Source of the DNA: an uncultured Acidobacteriota bacterium
Lineage (GTDB): Bacteria > Acidobacteriota > Polarisedimenticolia > J045
Assembly (NCBI GenBank): GCA_963702425.1
Contig: CAVPCQ010000006.1
Coordinates: 32,001-96,000, forward strand
DNA length: 64,000 nucleotides
Direction of reading: 5' to 3'
In this document: positions 62,039 to 64,000 of the stretch, one piece after another
Numbering within the stretch: the stretch's first letter is position 1
How the letters are laid out: every line of letters starts with the position of its first letter
Program-made: the position numbers and the translations under genes
The notes under the pieces: generated by a model
What the model was told of the DNA's origin: nothing
What the model saw: the letters and a program-made list of their open reading frames with translations, nothing else
Databases searched by the model: none

Positions 62039-63313
62039 GTGCACGACCGGCTGCGACGGGTCCTCGTCACGGGCGTCGGGGCGGTCAGCCCTCTCGGCCT
62101 TGACGCGGAATCGACTTGGCGCGGCCTGATCGAGGGCCGCTCCGGGATCGGTCCGATCACCCGGTTCGATCCCGCCGGGTTCCCGTCGCGCATCGCGGGC
62201 GAAGTGAAGGGGTTCGAGCCGGAGCTCTGGCTCGATTCGCGCGACGTCAAGAAGTTCGATCGCTTCGTCCACTTCGCCGTCGCCGCGACGCGCATGGCGA
62301 TCGGCGACGCCGGACTCGACCTCGATGCGGTCGATCGCGACCGCGTCGCCGTCGTCATCGGGTCCGGCATCGGCGGCATGCCGCTGTTCGAGCGGGAGTA
62401 CCGCGCTTACCTCGAGCGGCTGATGGCCGAACCGGACCGCCCGGACAAGGCCGTGCGCCGGATCACCCCGTTCTTCATCCCGGGGATCATCATCAACATG
62501 GCGAGCGGCGTCGTCTCGATCGTCTTCGGCCTGCGCGGTCCGAACGTCGCGACGGTCACAGCCTGCGCGACGGGCAACCACGCGATTGGCGACGCCTTCC
62601 GGATGATCCAGCGCGGGGAGGCCGACGTCGCGGTCTGCGGCGGTTCGGAGGGTGTTATCACGGAGATGTCCGTCGGCGGTTTCTCCGCGATGAAGGCGCT
62701 CTCGACCCGGAACGACGAGCCCGAGCGGGCCTCGCGGCCGTTCGACCGGGATCGCGACGGGTTCGTGATTGCCGAGGGGTGCGGCCTGCTCGTGCTGGAG
62801 GCCGAGGAGCACGCTCGCGCCCGCGGGGCGCGGGTGCTGGCCGAACTCGCCGGGTTCGGGATGAGCGGCGACGCACACCATATCTCGGCGCCGCCCGAGG
62901 ATGGCAGCGGTATGGTGCGCGTCATGACCGCCTCCCTGGCGGATGCCGGCCTGGTCCCTTCGGACATCGATTACGTCAACGCCCACGGCACGTCTACTCC
63001 GACCGGCGACGTGATCGAGGCACGGGCGGTGCGTGCGGTGTTCGGAGCGCACGCCGACGGCATGCTCGTCTCTTCGACCAAATCGGCGACGGGCCACCTG
63101 CTCGGTGCCGCGGGAGGCCTCGAGGCGATCGTTTCGGTCCTCGCGATCGCGCGGGGCGTGGTCCCGCCGACGATCAACCTCGAGAACCAGGACCCGGCGG
63201 TCGACCTGGACTGCGTCCCGCACCGGGCGCGCGAGCGCCGCGTTCAGGCGGTGCTCACCAACTCCTTCGGGTTCGGCGGCACGAACGCCACCCTCGCCTT
63301 CAAACGGCCGTAG
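62039..63313 (+). CDS. fabF: 3-oxoacyl-ACP synthase II
   Basis: TACATG, NAHGTST, GHLLGAAG, NSFGFGG. Confidence 0.97.
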   Translation: MHDRLRRVLVTGVGAVSPLGLDAESTWRGLIEGRSGIGPITRFDPAGFPSRIAGEVKGFEPELWLDSRDVKKFDRFVHFAVAATRMAIGDAGLDLDAVDRDRVAVVIGSGIGGMPLFEREYRAYLERLMAEPDRPDKAVRRITPFFIPGIIINMASGVVSIVFGLRGPNVATVTACATGNHAIGDAFRMIQRGEADVAVCGGSEGVITEMSVGGFSAMKALSTRNDEPERASRPFDRDRDGFVIAEGCGLLVLEAEEHARARGARVLAELAGFGMSGDAHHISAPPEDGSGMVRVMTASLADAGLVPSDIDYVNAHGTSTPTGDVIEARAVRAVFGAHADGMLVSSTKSATGHLLGAAGGLEAIVSVLAIARGVVPPTINLENQDPAVDLDCVPHRARERRVQAVLTNSFGFGGTNATLAFKRP

Positions 63314-63377
63314 GGGCCGCCCCCTGTGGCGGCCCGAACCGGCCGACGAGCGGGCCGGTGCAGCGGCCGGCCCCTAC
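63310..63377. repeat. GTAG-type REPIN, copy 3
   Basis: GTAGGGGCCGCCCCCTGTGGCGGCCC ... GGGCCGGTGCAGCGGCCGGCCCCTAC (inverted REP pair). Confidence 0.85.
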
Positions 63378-64000
63378 ACCTCGTTGAAGAAGAACGGCTT
63401 CAGGGCCTGGATCCGGGCCTCGTAGGTTGCCGGATCGAGGAACCAGCAGGTCGCGGCGACGGAGGAGAGCAGCGGGTTCCCGTCCTGGGGCGTGAAGCAG
63501 AATCCCTTCACCTCGTATCCGCGTGGCGTCTCGCGGACGGCGAGCGTCTTCCGCACGATGACCGTCTGGTTCAGGATCCGGCCGAAGTGTCCATGGTCGC
63601 GCCCGAACGAGAAGACGGTATTGGCGCTCTTCTTGTGGGTCAGGGCGATCCGGTCGTCGGCTTCCATCCGATCGAGCACCGCGTCGACGGTCGTTCGGTT
63701 GCGGACCAGGATCGAGAACCAGATCGTGTGCATGTACTGCGTACTCACGATCATTGCCGAGCTGTAAAGCGACAGCTCGTAGCCGAGCGTCTTGAACAGG
63801 TGGTAGGCGTCCCGGGCGTGGTGGGTCCCGAAGCGCTCGTCCTTGTGGCTGCCGACCTCCGGGGCGGGGACGAACTTGCCGTCCTGGCTGATGTCGTTCG
63901 CCCGGCGGACGCAGACGAACTGGCCGTCGACGAGATTGCCCGGACCGCCGTCCTCGAGGGCGATCGTCTTGACCAGCACGGAGAGGTTGTGCGTGTTGCA
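63374..64000 (-). CDS. Archaeal class II GAPDH-like protein (5' part outside window)
   Basis: Reads CNTHNL at window edge, then RRAND and THHARD; class II GAPDH has SCNT, RRAAD, SHHGPD. Confidence 0.6.
   Translation of the reverse strand, partial: CNTHNLSVLVKTIALEDGGPGNLVDGQFVCVRRANDISQDGKFVPAPEVGSHKDERFGTHHARDAYHLFKTLGYELSLYSSAMIVSTQYMHTIWFSILVRNRTTVDAVLDRMEADDRIALTHKKSANTVFSFGRDHGHFGRILNQTVIVRKTLAVRETPRGYEVKGFCFTPQDGNPLLSSVAATCWFLDPATYEARIQALKPFFFNEV

Overview
GC-rich (roughly 70-75% by eye) bacterial chromosome segment. Gene content and order suggest Acidobacteriota, but this is inference. Mostly housekeeping operons: ffh-rpsP-khpA-rimM-trmD-rplS; PBP1A; zapA-6S RNA-rny-ymdB-xseAB-ispA-tlyA-nadK; tRNA-Val-thrS-rpmI-rplT; carA-ispG; tesA/ybbAP; dnaB/rnpB; truA-uppS-cdsA-dxr-rseP; comEA; gcvTH; mutL; yceD-rpmF-plsX-fabDG-acpP-fabF. 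About a dozen single-base frameshifts fall in conserved, often essential genes and look like assembly indels. Most notable: (1) a stand-alone 'mini-sigma' (sigma70 regions 3.2+4 only) with its own consensus sigma54 promoter, RBS, structured anti-SD-bearing 3'UTR and terminator, plus two more sigma54-type promoters (before comEA and before a candidate sRNA); (2) a lower-GC island carrying a tightly coupled operon with a divergent Lgt paralog, two lipoproteins (one a HEXXH Zn protease) and a Cys-rich secreted protein; (3) GTAG-type REP/REPIN elements whose two ends supply the TAG stop codons of both genes at three convergent junctions, one expanded into a 27-bp tandem array; (4) an archaeal-type PheRS with a Zn-ribbon insert, inverted at the canonical pheST position; (5) an RNase Y missing several HD-domain metal ligands; (6) an archaeal class II GAPDH-like gene.
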